DNA of 62,784 nt, filler included, from Circinaria calcarea (lineage: Eukaryota): the NCBI GenBank assembly GCA_051942165.1. It is 7 parts of 7 records of this genome, joined end to end, with 100 filler letters (N's around TTAATTAATTAA, not from the genome) between each part and the next. Parts side by side here need not be neighbours in the genome. Positions count along the whole stretch, not along the records: positions 35,955 to 44,833 come from JAVECS010001034.1; positions 44,934 to 53,812 come from JAVECS010001035.1; 5 more parts are not named here. The stretch is one strand, 5' to 3'. The notes beneath the pieces were generated by a model. That model was not told the origin of the DNA. It was given only the letters and a program-made list of their open reading frames with translations, and searched no databases. Below are positions 37,519 through 48,929 of this stretch, piece after piece; positions within the stretch are counted from its first letter, which is position 1; the number at the start of each line of letters is the position of its first letter. The position numbers and the translations under genes are program-made.

Positions 37519-38226
37519 ATGAAGGGAGGACACTACTTGGGTCCTGAGAGGGCAGAAAGCAGAGAAGGTGCAACTGTGCCGATGGTATGGGAGGATGACC
37601 ATGGGAGAATGAGATGATTGGCTAGACTAGGCTTTGAGTAATCTAACCCTCATCAGACCTAGTTTTGCAATAAGAGGAACTGCGTGTTCGATACCCGCCA
37701 CATGCTCCTTTTCCACATGTTCACTGTGTCACGTACAACCCTTGAGACCCGCAAAGACGACGAGAAGTAACCTTCCCATTCGACCGTTGGGAAGCGTTTG
37801 AAAGTAATCAGGGGGATCGATGCAAAAGTGTATACGGACAAGCGTAGGAACCGCTTGTAGACCCGATAAGGACGAACAGTACAGTGTTGATGCTTAGCAT
37901 ACAAGTGTGAGCACACGCTGACGGAGAAATCTAAGGCCCCCTTGCATACAAACAGCCTCAGTACAACGGATGTATACGTTCTCAGGGTTAAAACTGCACC
38001 ATCTTGGACAGTCACGACGGTGTTAGCTCTCCGCACACAACCACCAGTTGCAGGCTGCTCTCGCCAAGAAAGGGTAAAATTGCCTCAGTCATCGGGCATT
38101 GAGACCCCTGAACTTAGGGTCCTGGATCGCTGCATTGATCAAGCGACATGGAAGTTGCTAGGGCTACGGAGCAGCCTCTGGGTTATCACATGGAGTTCTC
38201 CATGGCAAATGGAGAAAGCCCCTGGC

Positions 38227-39278
38227 TCAACTAACCGCTCCAACATATACAACCTGGACTGCCGCAAATGCAGAGGTGGCGGCAAATATCTCTGTTCTTC
38301 TTGCAGAAGAAAACAGGACCAGACTGCTTTTTGATTTAGAAACATTTTCTCCAAGGGAGATGCCAATTGCTCTGACCTGATCGAGAATAACGTGGTAAAT
38401 GCCACAATGATGCCGAGGCGCTTCTCGATATCTTTGACGAAGAACAATACAAACATCGGGACGGTGGTTAGCAGTGGAGCAAAAAGGGTGCAGATTGACT
38501 CTGCGGCAATGGAGATTTTCGTGTCGTCACAATTTGTGAGCCCGAACTCCTCATCCGATACAATCGATTTCTAAAATATCAGCGGATTGCGTTCGCTGTG
38601 GATGGGTGGGGGAACGTGCTTTGAAGCGTCGGCCAAGAAACGTGTGGAAGTGTTTGAGAGCGGTTTCCCCCGCCCAGCGGGTGAAATAGTCACGTTCCCT
38701 GTACTTTGCAGAAAGCACGACAAACTCTCCTTTCTGGTTTCTAAAACCATTCTCTTCTTCTGCCCATGTATCCCATCCGCTACCTCGCAATGAGGAGTTG
38801 TTACCCTTTCCACTACCGAGAAAGCCTCGAAGTAAACCTAAGTTATGTCCACTCGGCCCTTCATGCGCGGTGATCTGAATCTGTTGCAGCACCGCAGAAT
38901 CTGTCGAGCACATTCAGCAGTCACCCTGGCTAGTTTTTCGAGTAATGTTTACACACTGTAAGCTTCCAGCTTATCTCGAAGCTTCCGCCAAGCGTCTCTT
39001 TGCACCGAGCCGCCTTTCCCCTGGGAGCCGTTCAACACATCCCAATCAACCTGGTACGATCGAGTGACGGGACATTCATCCCTCGAGTCCAATCCGCAGA
39101 TGTATTCAAAGTCCTGCTCCTCCTGCACGAGTTCAGACTGCATCTCCAGCAGCCTCAGGGCGTTGAGCTTGCGGAACGTTCGCAGGACGGCCAGTTCAGG
39201 CTTGCAGCCCATCAGAGCCGCCAGCCGCAGCCAGCTCCCTTGAACCCCGGGAGAATCCGCAGCCACGGTGTCCGGCAT
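38227..39278 (-). CDS. DUF6594-like membrane protein; exons 39278-38957, 38900-38620, 38570-38377, 38323-38227
   Basis: WLRLAALM...LAVLRTFRKLNALRLLEMQSEL, LRDKLEAYNSA, three C-terminal hydrophobic helices ending ARRTEIFAATSAFAAVQVVYVG. Confidence 0.85.
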
Positions 39279-40389
39279 CGAAGAACCGTATCACCGACGA
39301 AACTTATAATTTGATCTGCCGGGGTGAAAACAGAGCTGCCCGAGCGTTCGGGGTTCAGCTTTGGCATCTTAGGCTATTACTAGAAGTTAGGAAGCCGGAA
39401 TCTCCAGGAGAGATTGCTTTTATTTACTTCGGGATCAGTCCCAAATCGCTCAGCCTCGTAACGCTGGTATGAAGATGCATCATGAAGCAGCCAATGAGAT
39501 TTGTTCTTAGGCACGGCTGTTGGGCAGCCTTGCCTTCAAAGCCTTGCCCCGTTAGCAAGATGAACTCTATGGCCCGAGTCAATCGGTGTGACCGATTGAC
39601 ATGTGTCTACAGCCTCGTTTCGTGCGCACTATGCCGGTTCAGATTTTTGAGGCTATAACCTTCTAAAATCAATTGGCTCACGCATCCTCCTAGATTATAT
39701 ACATCTGACATTCCCGTAGGAGAAAACACTAGACTCCGATATTACCGGGGATTATACAAATACCCTGATTTAACAACTAGCCTAATGAAAACGACATTTG
39801 AACAGAGGTTCTGTACTAGAAACTCGCATTTGTATGTGTATCAAACATTTCTACAATGGTCATCCAATCATTAGTTACACGTGATAAACAAACCTCCAAA
39901 AGGGGTATAAGTAAGCGCTCCCGCCCTATAACTCCTTAGTTTTTCCCCCTTCATCTGTGAAGGATATAGGGTGCACCGCTATGCTCCTAAGGTATAGGCA
40001 AAAATGCTGTCGAGAATGGGTGACGGAGGCCTGAATAGTGAAGAATCAAGGGGTATATGGCATGAACTGACGGCGACAGTATAGTGCACATATAGAAGAG
40101 ATAACAGGACGAGTTTCATTATCGTGTTTCTAGCTGCTATGCTGCTCTGCTGTATGCTATCTGTCAAAAAAAGTGTGTCTGTGCATAAGTCCTCCATGCC
40201 TGCCTGCCCATTCCATATGCGCGCCGAGCCACTAGTCGCCTTGGCTCCACCACACATTCATAACCTAATTATCATTAATCTTGGTAGACAGGTCCCGAAT
40301 ATGAGATGTGGAAGTAGCAGTCCGCAATTTAGAAAACAGCGTGGAAGCCCGTCTGACCTACGAACTTCCTATACTACCGATTCTCGATG

Positions 40390-42311
40390 CTATGTATCCC
40401 GCTTTGCCTTATGTGTACCACTCTTTTCCCTCTTTGGCTGATCCCGCTGAGCTTTGATAAGATCTTGCCTTCGCTCTTGATGCTGTTTGCCGTCACGTTT
40501 TTGAGCATCGTACCGTATCTGTTCCTCGGGGCTGAGCTCTGAATATGAGGTTAGCACTGTACCAGCCTCCGTTTGAAACTAGTGACGTACTTTTGGAGGG
40601 ATTATCCTTATGAATAACTAGCCAATATCCATCCCAAGTTACACATTTGTACTCTTTGATGAATTTATGTCCAAGCAAGATTTGAACTCCTCCAGGCAAC
40701 TCGTCTACCAGGTAAAAACGGGACTTTTTGATCCATAACCCTGTACGGCCATCAGGTACATTGAAGTGAGGTATTGCGTATTCATTTATCCACGTTTCCT
40801 GGTTGTTCGGACCTTTAAGCCGTATCTCTTCCGATGAAGACATAATATCGTAGCCCAGCTCCAAAGCATCGTTACGAACCATGAAGTTATACTGGTTTGA
40901 ACCGGTATCGAAGAGTGCGGAATATGGAACCTCTTTTCGGCGGTTTACGTTCCACATAAACACATCACGAACAAAGTCTTGAGCGCTATCAAGGCTGTTC
41001 GGCCGTTGGTAGTATCCGGGATTTGTAGACGATAGTGGAAGGCATCCTGATGTATGTGTGATTGAATTTCCCTGACCACTCGCTCTATTCGTTTCAAGCC
41101 TTGGGTATTCAAAAGAGAGTATGGATAAGGCTATATCTTCCATATGCTTGCAGACATGGTGCGCGAAGTTTTCCTGAGTTATGAAGGCCCCGTTACCGCA
41201 AAAAGGGCATTGCTTATCCAGTATAGGTAAAGGCAGTTTCCGTCGTGATCTCTTCAGAAACTTCTTTCCTGAGACGTAGTCCGGCTCCATCTTATGTGCC
41301 TGAACAAGGTGATCGCGCAATGATGGTGGCTGGTCAAAAAAAGAATGACAGTAGTGACATTCCCATTTATACTGGATATGATGTTTTGAGAACTCGTGAT
41401 CCATCCATGACTCCCATGAACTAAAAGATAGAAGGCCATCTTGGCAGTTGGTGGAGGTGCAAGTGTATAGCCGAAAGTGATCCAGTATGTGCTTCCTAGC
41501 AGAAGAGTATCGGAAACGTCGCATCTGCTGCCACGTGGCTTCGACAAGTCTTTCAAGGGTCGATCTGCATGCGGAGGGGTAAGTCTGTTCGATAATACAA
41601 AGAAAGGGTATGGAGCCGTCGAGATGACTGTCTATTCCGCAGTTTTGAAGACGCTTTAATTCATTGTCTATGGTTTCAGAAAGGCGATCTAGAGCTGAAG
41701 ATATGTCGTAAAGGCTATCGACAATCTTGGTAATCTGATAAACCTCGGCTGTTAGTGAGCCAGCAGAGTAGTTTGAGTTCGGTTTTAGGCAGTGTCTCCT
41801 TGCATTTGAGCTGATGCCCGTAATCCGTGACGCCTGTTCGATAGTTTGATCGAGTTCATCAATGAGACCCTGCTTTAGCGAAGGTCGACGGTACACCAGT
41901 GCTAATCAAAAGTTATTTAGGATTGTATAATAGTAAAGCAGATATCTTACTTTGGACTTGAACTTGTGTAAGGTCTATCAAGTTAAAAATAACTTGATGT
42001 GTTAGAGGTCGGCTATTACCAAGTTTTGAATCAAGGACGTCTTTCCCCTCTTTCCAGAGTTTCAATCTTCTTGCCTGTTCTTGTAGAGCACCTCGGTCAC
42101 TTGAATCAGCAGCAGAAAACAGTTCCTGGAAGTGCTTAATGATTAAGCAGATTAAGTGATCGACAAGTCCGTTGCTATGATGCCGGGACGTTTTAGGGAG
42201 TTGGTCCGGCCATCCTCCAAAGTCAGATCTACCAGATGTCTTGGGACCGGGTTTATCTCTAGTTAGATGAGGCGGTTGCCCATGAGTACCTGCATGTTGA
42301 TAAGTCGCCAT
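40390..42311 (-). CDS. 606-aa protein: helical N-terminus, C2H2-like zinc fingers, retropepsin-like aspartic protease domain, charged tail; exons 42311-41951, 41901-40591, 40538-40390
   Basis: YTCTSTNC...WMDHEFSKH, WECHYC...HLVQAH, CPFC...HHVCKHMEDIAL; ALFDTGS (DTG at 40901-40909) and ILLGHKF; two canonical introns keep the frame. Confidence 0.75.
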
Positions 42312-43174
42312 GCTATCTTAAGACACTGGCAAACTCGGAAGCACGACCGCAACGCAAGTATTCAGGACCTATCTTACTATTCCTAGCCAATGCTGAAGTG
42401 CAATACCAGACATACGTTGTCTGTATCGTATATTGTGTGTTCCCTCCTTTTGCCTAATCTCGATGTGTGAACAGTGGTTCCGGAAGGTTATGGTCTTGCA
42501 AGCTGATCCGTTCAACGTTGGCGAAGGAAGGTTGCAGCGATCGAGTAAAAACGTAACTTAGAGGAAACTGAAAGAAATAGTGGATATACTAGGTAAGATG
42601 TGGACTGGGATCTTCCAAATCTGTTAGCCTTTAGTGGATGGCCAGCTGTATCCGCATACAGGGTATTCACAAACCTATTCTTTGAGATGTGATGACTGCA
42701 AGTGCAGGGCCGTTGTTGTAACCAAATGTCTTTAAGGGCCTTCGGTAACTCTAGACGCTTAAGGGCTTTGAAATGGCAGGTATTGTATGAAGTATTCGAA
42801 ATAACGAAGTATATTTTACTGGGCAGTGTCAGAAAATGATATATGCATCGAACTTGCTCCCTGGGTACCCACATGCACGAGTAGCTACAGCACTGTGTGA
42901 ATGACAGTTAGTAAATCAAGTGGCGTTTAAAAGCTGAACAGCAATTAAACTTACTTGAAAGAACTGCGCGCGTTGTGCGAGCGATCACCCGGTTTGAAGT
43001 CTGAACATCCTCCGTTGAGAAAGGAGTTTGGAGCTATCCATCACTCTCAGCGGGAGTAAAGGACTGTCTCGCTTTGTTGAAGTGAAAGGGAAAGATGTTT
43101 TCTCTTATCGTGGGGAAGGCCAGAAGGTCCCAGGGACATACTAACTAAATAACACTAAGTTCCCCGCTATCCCC

Positions 43175-43444
43175 TATCCCTTAAGCCGTTGCTCAGGCGT
43201 ACAGAGCCGCACAGACCAGAAACTGGTCCGTGCCAGCCTAGCTAGCCAATCCTACCTTGTCTCCAAGCCGTGTACAGAGGGGTGACAACTCGGGCTAGAA
43301 TACACAGGGGCCGTATTACTAGGAATACTGACCCTGATCCCTGTTTTCCCATACAAAAACAGTCCGTGCAATAGAATACCACGCCGGTGTATTCTAGCCC
43401 GAGTTGTCACCCCTCTGTACGCCTGAGCAACGGCTTAAGGGATA
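43175..43444. mobile_element. TA-flanked MITE with 58-bp inverted arms; left arm interrupted by a 65-bp insert
   Basis: Right arm 43387-43444 is the exact reverse complement of 43175-43206 plus 43280-43305; GTACAGAG is duplicated at 43199-43206 and 43272-43279. Confidence 0.85.
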
Positions 43445-43469
43445 CGACGAAGTAGTCGTACTGGTCTAA

Positions 43470-43615
43470 CTTGGTCGTAGGGGAAATTGGTGTTAGCTCC
43501 GCGCTAAAAACACTAAAACTTATAATTAACTGACTAATCTAATTGGTAGCTAACGATGTTTTACAGGCATTGATGTACTAGCATGAAGCTAGCACCAATT
43601 TCCCCTACGACCAAG
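43470..43615. mobile_element. MITE (~146 bp) with ~29-bp TIRs
   Basis: CTTGGTCGTAGGGGAAATTGGTGTTAGCT ... AGCTAGCACCAATTTCCCCTACGACCAAG, one mismatch, followed by TA. Confidence 0.8.
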
Positions 43616-43617
43616 TA

Positions 43618-43754
43618 CTGTGGTCGGAAAAGAAGATAGCGTTAGCTCGGCGCTAAAATCACTAAATTGTACACTGGTCGATAAAGAGGCTTTAACTGTA
43701 TTAAGTATTGATCTATTAATGCCACGCTAACGCTATTTTCCCTTCCGACCACAG
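43618..43754. mobile_element. MITE (137 bp) with 29-bp TIRs and TA target duplication, related to the preceding element
   Basis: TA-CTGTGGTCGGAAAAGAAGATAGCGTTAGC ... GCTAACGCTATTTTCCCTTCCGACCACAG-TA; shares subterminal GTTAGCTCxGCGCTAAAAxCACTAAA with 43470-43615. Confidence 0.8.
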
Positions 43755-44833
43755 TATGAACAAGCGAGCTGAGTAAACATGACTTATGCCGCCCCCTGTG
43801 GCTAAGAAATCAAGATATGGATTGGCTGGGTCCCAGTATGCTTCCCTACCTAACATCTTCCGATAACTTGGGTGGTTCAGTTTTCCTTTGCTAGAAATTT
43901 GTTATGCTCGGGAGCACGGCACCGATAGGCTAAGCCCGATGCTGTAAAGCACGGGGGGCAAGCTGGCAGAAACTATGCACTTGTATTGGCCACACTAGGT
44001 CCACTAGCATAACATAGCTCCGTTATGGATATACAATGGAGCTATGTAAAGCCAGGCGGGGGTGGCCTGGCAGACGAGGTATCGATTGGCTGAGAGCACT
44101 GTTATTCCGGGCCTACCTAACATCCTCCGGGCATAACAAAAAAGAACTAAACCCCCCAACTCGCACATTTCTTTTCTGTAATGATTAATTCTCTCATATA
44201 CTGCATATAGACATCATATCGCTCGTGCCTCACATCACCCCATACCTTAGCCTTAGATACTTTTTCAAGTAAAGTACTCTACGGCCTAACAAAAACGTAG
44301 GGAAGGGGACGGGACAGCTACATCTTCCGTACTGCACTCCTCTCTCCCGGCCGTGCGAGATGACCGTGGGGAGAATCGAAAAAAAGGGGCACAGGCACAG
44401 GCACAAGCTGTTCAAGACCAAGCAAAACCAGGAGAAAAAGGTAGGAACGTCTTGGTAGCGGAGAACGCGAGACGGGGGGGGGGCGCGGTCCCCAATTCCT
44501 ATGCCCGTTCTTTGTTCGGGTGGTATCAATTCGGTTAACAGCAGAGGAGCTCCGGAACGGGGAAAAGGGGGAGATGATTTCCCGGTTCATGAAGTGGGGA
44601 AAGAGAGGGGGGGTCGGTGAGCAGGTGAATTCTTTCTTTCTCTCTCAAATACAGATATGTGGGGGGGTTTATAAACCCCGGAAACAGACAGAAGTGAGCA
44701 AGGGCAAACCTGTGAAAGTGTAAAACCAGAAAGCGAAAGGGTAAAACGAGATAGAAAGCAAAAGTTCGGCACGGGAATGAGGATGAGGGGATTTTATTAC
44801 ATGGGCTTGGGTTGGGTTGGGTGGTAGGGCATT

Positions 44834-44933
44834 NNNNNNNNNNNNNNNNNNNNNNNNNNNNNNNNNNNNNNNNNNNNTTAATTAATTAANNNNNNNNNNN
44901 NNNNNNNNNNNNNNNNNNNNNNNNNNNNNNNNN
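44834..44933. other. Artificial contig-joining linker
   Basis: N44-TTAATTAATTAA-N44. Confidence 0.99.
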
Positions 44934-45969
44934 AGCGTTGTTCTGGCTCTGTGGCATGTGGCTTGTCCTTGAATTTCTTAGCTTTTGGATTAGGGGCCTT
45001 GGTAGCTGCGTTAACGGGACGAGGTTGAAGAGGTTGTAAGTTTTCTGGGTCGTATGACCATTGTTGCGCAGATCCAACAGTTGGCATTTCCACATCGTCA
45101 TCCACTGGAGGTTCAATAGCAGTATTCGAGGTCTTACGTTGTGGATGAGTGGTACCCCTCTTTCTCTTCTTAGAGAGAACGTTGTCATCGGAGTCGTCAG
45201 GAACAATAAAGTCATCTATCAATGGTCTTGATCAGCACGGTCTCAAGTTTTTAAGTCCCAGGTAATATGGCAACATTGTTACCCACCCTCATCAGGATCC
45301 TCCATATGATTTTCATTATCTTGGAAGATATCCTCCTCCTCGCTAGCTTCCTTTGTTCTTCTACGTTTCAGCTGGCGGCCCTTGGCTTTGCTGCTGGTAC
45401 GAGTTGGCATGAATGCCTCTTCGTCCTCATCCTCTTCATCTCCGGATTCGACGTAGTTAACAACCTTCTTTGCCTGTGATAAGAATTTCGTTAGGTATTA
45501 TATAATGCGAGCATCTGTAAGACGGACATACCTTTCGGGAAGGACTGCTAAAGACCAAGCCATTGCCGACGGACGTGGGGTTACCAGTGCTAGCAACGGC
45601 TGCAGGCGTGATCGGGGAAGGGAGCCCATTCATTTTTGGCTTGTCATTTGAAGTCACGACCTCATCATCCTCATCCTCCAGCATACCATCCAATGCATCA
45701 CTACTCGGCAGTGGTGTCAGACTTTGAGTAGCTGCTTTGGGAACTCTTTGCACCAACGTCTTCTTCTCGGTTGCGTTGGATGGGACGACGGAACCATTGA
45801 ACTTCGGTGTACTATTGGGCTTCTCTTGGGAAGAACCGACGGCCTTTTTCTGAAAGAAGCCTAAAATGGATTTCTGGTTCTGCCCAGACTGGGAACCCGA
45901 AGTCGATTTCTTGAGAGAAGGTAGTGGTGTAGCTGAGGACGATTCGTTCTTTGCGGAAGCACGTGGCAT
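44934..45969 (-). CDS. MSH6: DNA mismatch repair protein Msh6, disordered N-terminal region, 3'-truncated; exons 45969-45532, 45473-45287, 45215-<44934
   Basis: PIP box QKSILGFF, SSPSRK-AKKVVNYVES, DDFIVPDDSD, AQQWSYDP and KPHATEPEQR resemble the N-terminus of filamentous-fungal Msh6; MutS domains are off contig. Confidence 0.75.
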
Positions 45970-46326
45970 ATTGACATAAACAAATCAATGGGGCAGGTTG
46001 GTATCAATTGACATTGGGGAACGGTGGGCGGACTCCCGGTCAATAATTTATACAAATTGGGAATCCGGGGGAAGACGTGAAGCGCGTCCTTGACGGGTCG
46101 CGACTTTTTTACGTGATGACATCCAGCCCTATGGCTCTAATTTCGGGGAAATTCGAGTTACCTATCTTGCATATCGATCTCCTTCACGGTTTCGAGAGAT
46201 ATCCAGACCGCTGCAAGTGTCACTTCAACTTCTCCATGCAGACATATTCCAGCTTAGTGACCATGCAATCCATGTTCTTGAACTGTACCCCCCGTCACAT
46301 CGTTTTTGATGTCCACGTAAACAAAG

Positions 46327-48021
46327 ATGTCCTCATCCGACATCCATGATCCCTCATACTTGCCACCACAATCAGCGCAGCCCAGGAGTACCACTTTGCC
46401 CGACGATATCGATGAGCTATCATCCAGTGATGTCTCTAATGTAGCTTCCCCCAAAAATGGTGATATTCCCATTGAAGAAGAAAAAGAAGAATCTCATAGC
46501 TCTGGAGATGACTCTCAGAGCAGCTTTCAAGACAGCGAAGAGCTACCTATCGAAGCCGGAGAACAAGTTTCTAGATCTCCTTCGTTGGAAGCATTACGTC
46601 CAAACAAGTTCCACGGTCCACCTTCTACGTGGCGAAGCTGGACCGCGGCAGATAGGGCTATAGCAAATAGCCTGGACCAGGTAAAGGCAGCTGATCTAAG
46701 CATTCATCTCTACAACGCACATGCCTTGAAGAAAAGACAGAAGTTACTGAAGGCTAAGGCAGACGATGAAAATTCCATGCTCGAATATGGCATTTGGGAA
46801 CCTCCAAAGCAGTGGACTGCTTGGCCGATGACAGCCGCGGAGGTGCCCAGAAATCAATTGAGTTCATTTGGCGAACCTACAAAGGATGAACATGTTTGGC
46901 GAAGCTTAGAGCAACAGAGAGGGTCCGGTCAGGATTTGAATGGTGCGCTGATGGCTGTATTCCTCAAAGAAGCTAAGGAGCGATTTCTTCAAAGGGAGTC
47001 GGAAGGTGAAGATTTAGATTCAGATGCTTCTCTGGACGATACGAAATCTAGAAGATCCAGAAGCAAATCTAAGCACGCTGATGGTGACACCCATCGCTGG
47101 CCATCAAAAGCCACGAAACCCGTTATCCTAGCAGACGATGAGAAAGCCAATTCAATCTTGGAACCCACCATCCGACATATCCTCGTGAAGGTCGACAAGC
47201 TACTAATGGACCTCCATTGTGCCCGCCAAGCGTACCTACCCACGGTGGATGAGAGCCAGAGCGAGACTCAGACCGATGCAGACGACGAGACACGATCGCA
47301 GGAAAAGGCCGAGGCTCTGCGTAAGAAACGTAAAACCAAAAGAGGAAGATCTCAAAACTCCCCAGACTCAGAAACTTCCGCCAATTGCAACCAAGCTCCA
47401 AGTCGTGCCTCCTCCCGGCCTCCGATGAAAAAGCGCCGCAAATCCATCTCGTCCACCTTACGGACACGAAGCCGGAGCCGTCGTCGACGAGAGCTCGGTC
47501 TCCGTGACTGGGGCGACATCTTAAGCATCGCATCCATGACAGGCTGGAACCAGTCCACCATCCGCAGAACCGCGAAACGATGCGCCGATCTCTTCGGCGA
47601 AGGAATCGAGTTCCGCACTCTGCGGGAAGGTAACGACGAAATGCGCGAGACCACTTATCTCCCCACCCTCATCCCCGAGGATGAAACAGCCCAGAGCGAC
47701 GACGATTTCGAGAATAGTCTGAGCGATACTTCCCCAAAGCCCCTGAGCGCCCGCATCGCAAATGGCATCTTATACTGTCCCGTCACCGATTGTTCCAGGT
47801 CCAAACGAGGCTTCGCCAGGAACTGGAACTTCCAAAAGCATCTGAAGGAGATGCACGGGAATTTGGTTTCTACGGTGGAGTCTGAAGATGAGATGTTTGG
47901 CGCTGTCCACGTGAATGGGTTCTTGAAGCCGATCAAGGCACGGAAGGGCTGGAGAGGGAGGGCTACGGGAAAGAGGGGTCGAGGAGCGGAGGAGGTGGAT
48001 GTAGATGTGATGGAGGAGTGA
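46327..48021 (+). CDS. RRN9: Rrn9-domain protein (RNA polymerase I upstream activation factor subunit-like) with C-terminal C2H2 finger
   Basis: RPNKFHGPPSTWRSWT, DLSIHLYNAHALK, WEPPKQWTAWPM, LGLRDWGDILSIASMTGW, CADLFGE, GAVHVNGFLKPI; 564-aa intronless ORF. Confidence 0.7.
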   Translation: MSSSDIHDPSYLPPQSAQPRSTTLPDDIDELSSSDVSNVASPKNGDIPIEEEKEESHSSGDDSQSSFQDSEELPIEAGEQVSRSPSLEALRPNKFHGPPSTWRSWTAADRAIANSLDQVKAADLSIHLYNAHALKKRQKLLKAKADDENSMLEYGIWEPPKQWTAWPMTAAEVPRNQLSSFGEPTKDEHVWRSLEQQRGSGQDLNGALMAVFLKEAKERFLQRESEGEDLDSDASLDDTKSRRSRSKSKHADGDTHRWPSKATKPVILADDEKANSILEPTIRHILVKVDKLLMDLHCARQAYLPTVDESQSETQTDADDETRSQEKAEALRKKRKTKRGRSQNSPDSETSANCNQAPSRASSRPPMKKRRKSISSTLRTRSRSRRRRELGLRDWGDILSIASMTGWNQSTIRRTAKRCADLFGEGIEFRTLREGNDEMRETTYLPTLIPEDETAQSDDDFENSLSDTSPKPLSARIANGILYCPVTDCSRSKRGFARNWNFQKHLKEMHGNLVSTVESEDEMFGAVHVNGFLKPIKARKGWRGRATGKRGRGAEEVDVDVMEE

Positions 48022-48929
48022 AAGTGTGTAGATGCCTGCATCTTGCAAGATACCTGCCTGTCTGCAAGGCTATTCGAGATTAAAACGTACTGCATTCAAG
48101 CCAGCAGCGCCTCGAGGTCATGTAAATGTGTCCGTACTGTAATCAACCCCATCTGATATTCGTGCACTTCCCAGTGATCTTGGTCAGTGGCTACCTCAAT
48201 GCACATATGCTACAACCTCCACTCTATAAATGTAACTCTCATACCGCCTTAGAATATATGGATTTCCAGTTCGTCCGTATAGGAGGGTTAGATTAGTATT
48301 CACGGTGGCTCATCGCATCGCGTCACATGGAAAGCGCAGCAAGTAGCATTTTTGATTCAAATTACCCAAATGAAAATCTATCCTCTTGCATTTCGTTGCC
48401 CGCCCAGCTAATCTAAAAGGAGAAAAAGAACAAGTAGGGAGTACGGAGAGAAGTACAGGGTATGAAGGGTGCAAGCGAAAGATTTTCCATATACAGTCCT
48501 TTCATCTTTAGAAAAAATGCACGACATAGATCTACCCGGTGTTTGACATTTCTCAGGAAGGTCAACATGCTCGGCAGTTCAGACATCTGACCACGTACCG
48601 TCTCGAAGATCTTCTGTCGGCTGCACAAGAGAATGAGAAGACGGGAATTACCTGCAGAAGTGAGGGGCGTACTGGATGGAGTGCCCGTGTAGATCTGAAT
48701 TCCCGGAGGAAGATGTAGACCGTAAATCTGTAGTGGCGTCTTGGCAGTAATGAGATAGAACTCACCGTAGGCTTTCTGAAATGACAGATATGCCGTGTAT
48801 AACCGAGGAGTACATTATGAAAGATCGGAAAGCTCGTAGACTATAGAGAGATAGAGAGGGTGATACTTCTGAGTCGAGTACACAGCCCGATATACGTCAT
48901 GGACCGTCCGCTGATCATTCAATTGCCGA

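Noticed and set aside
43819..44130. Two ATTGGCTG...CCTACCTAACATCyTCCG blocks about 265 bp apart
   Set aside because: Short and degenerate, with no LTR termini or TSD; cannot be classified
44140..44833. Low-complexity purine-rich region with short ORFs
   Set aside because: Consistent with the 3'UTR of a minus-strand gene cut by the contig end; ORFs are compositional artefacts
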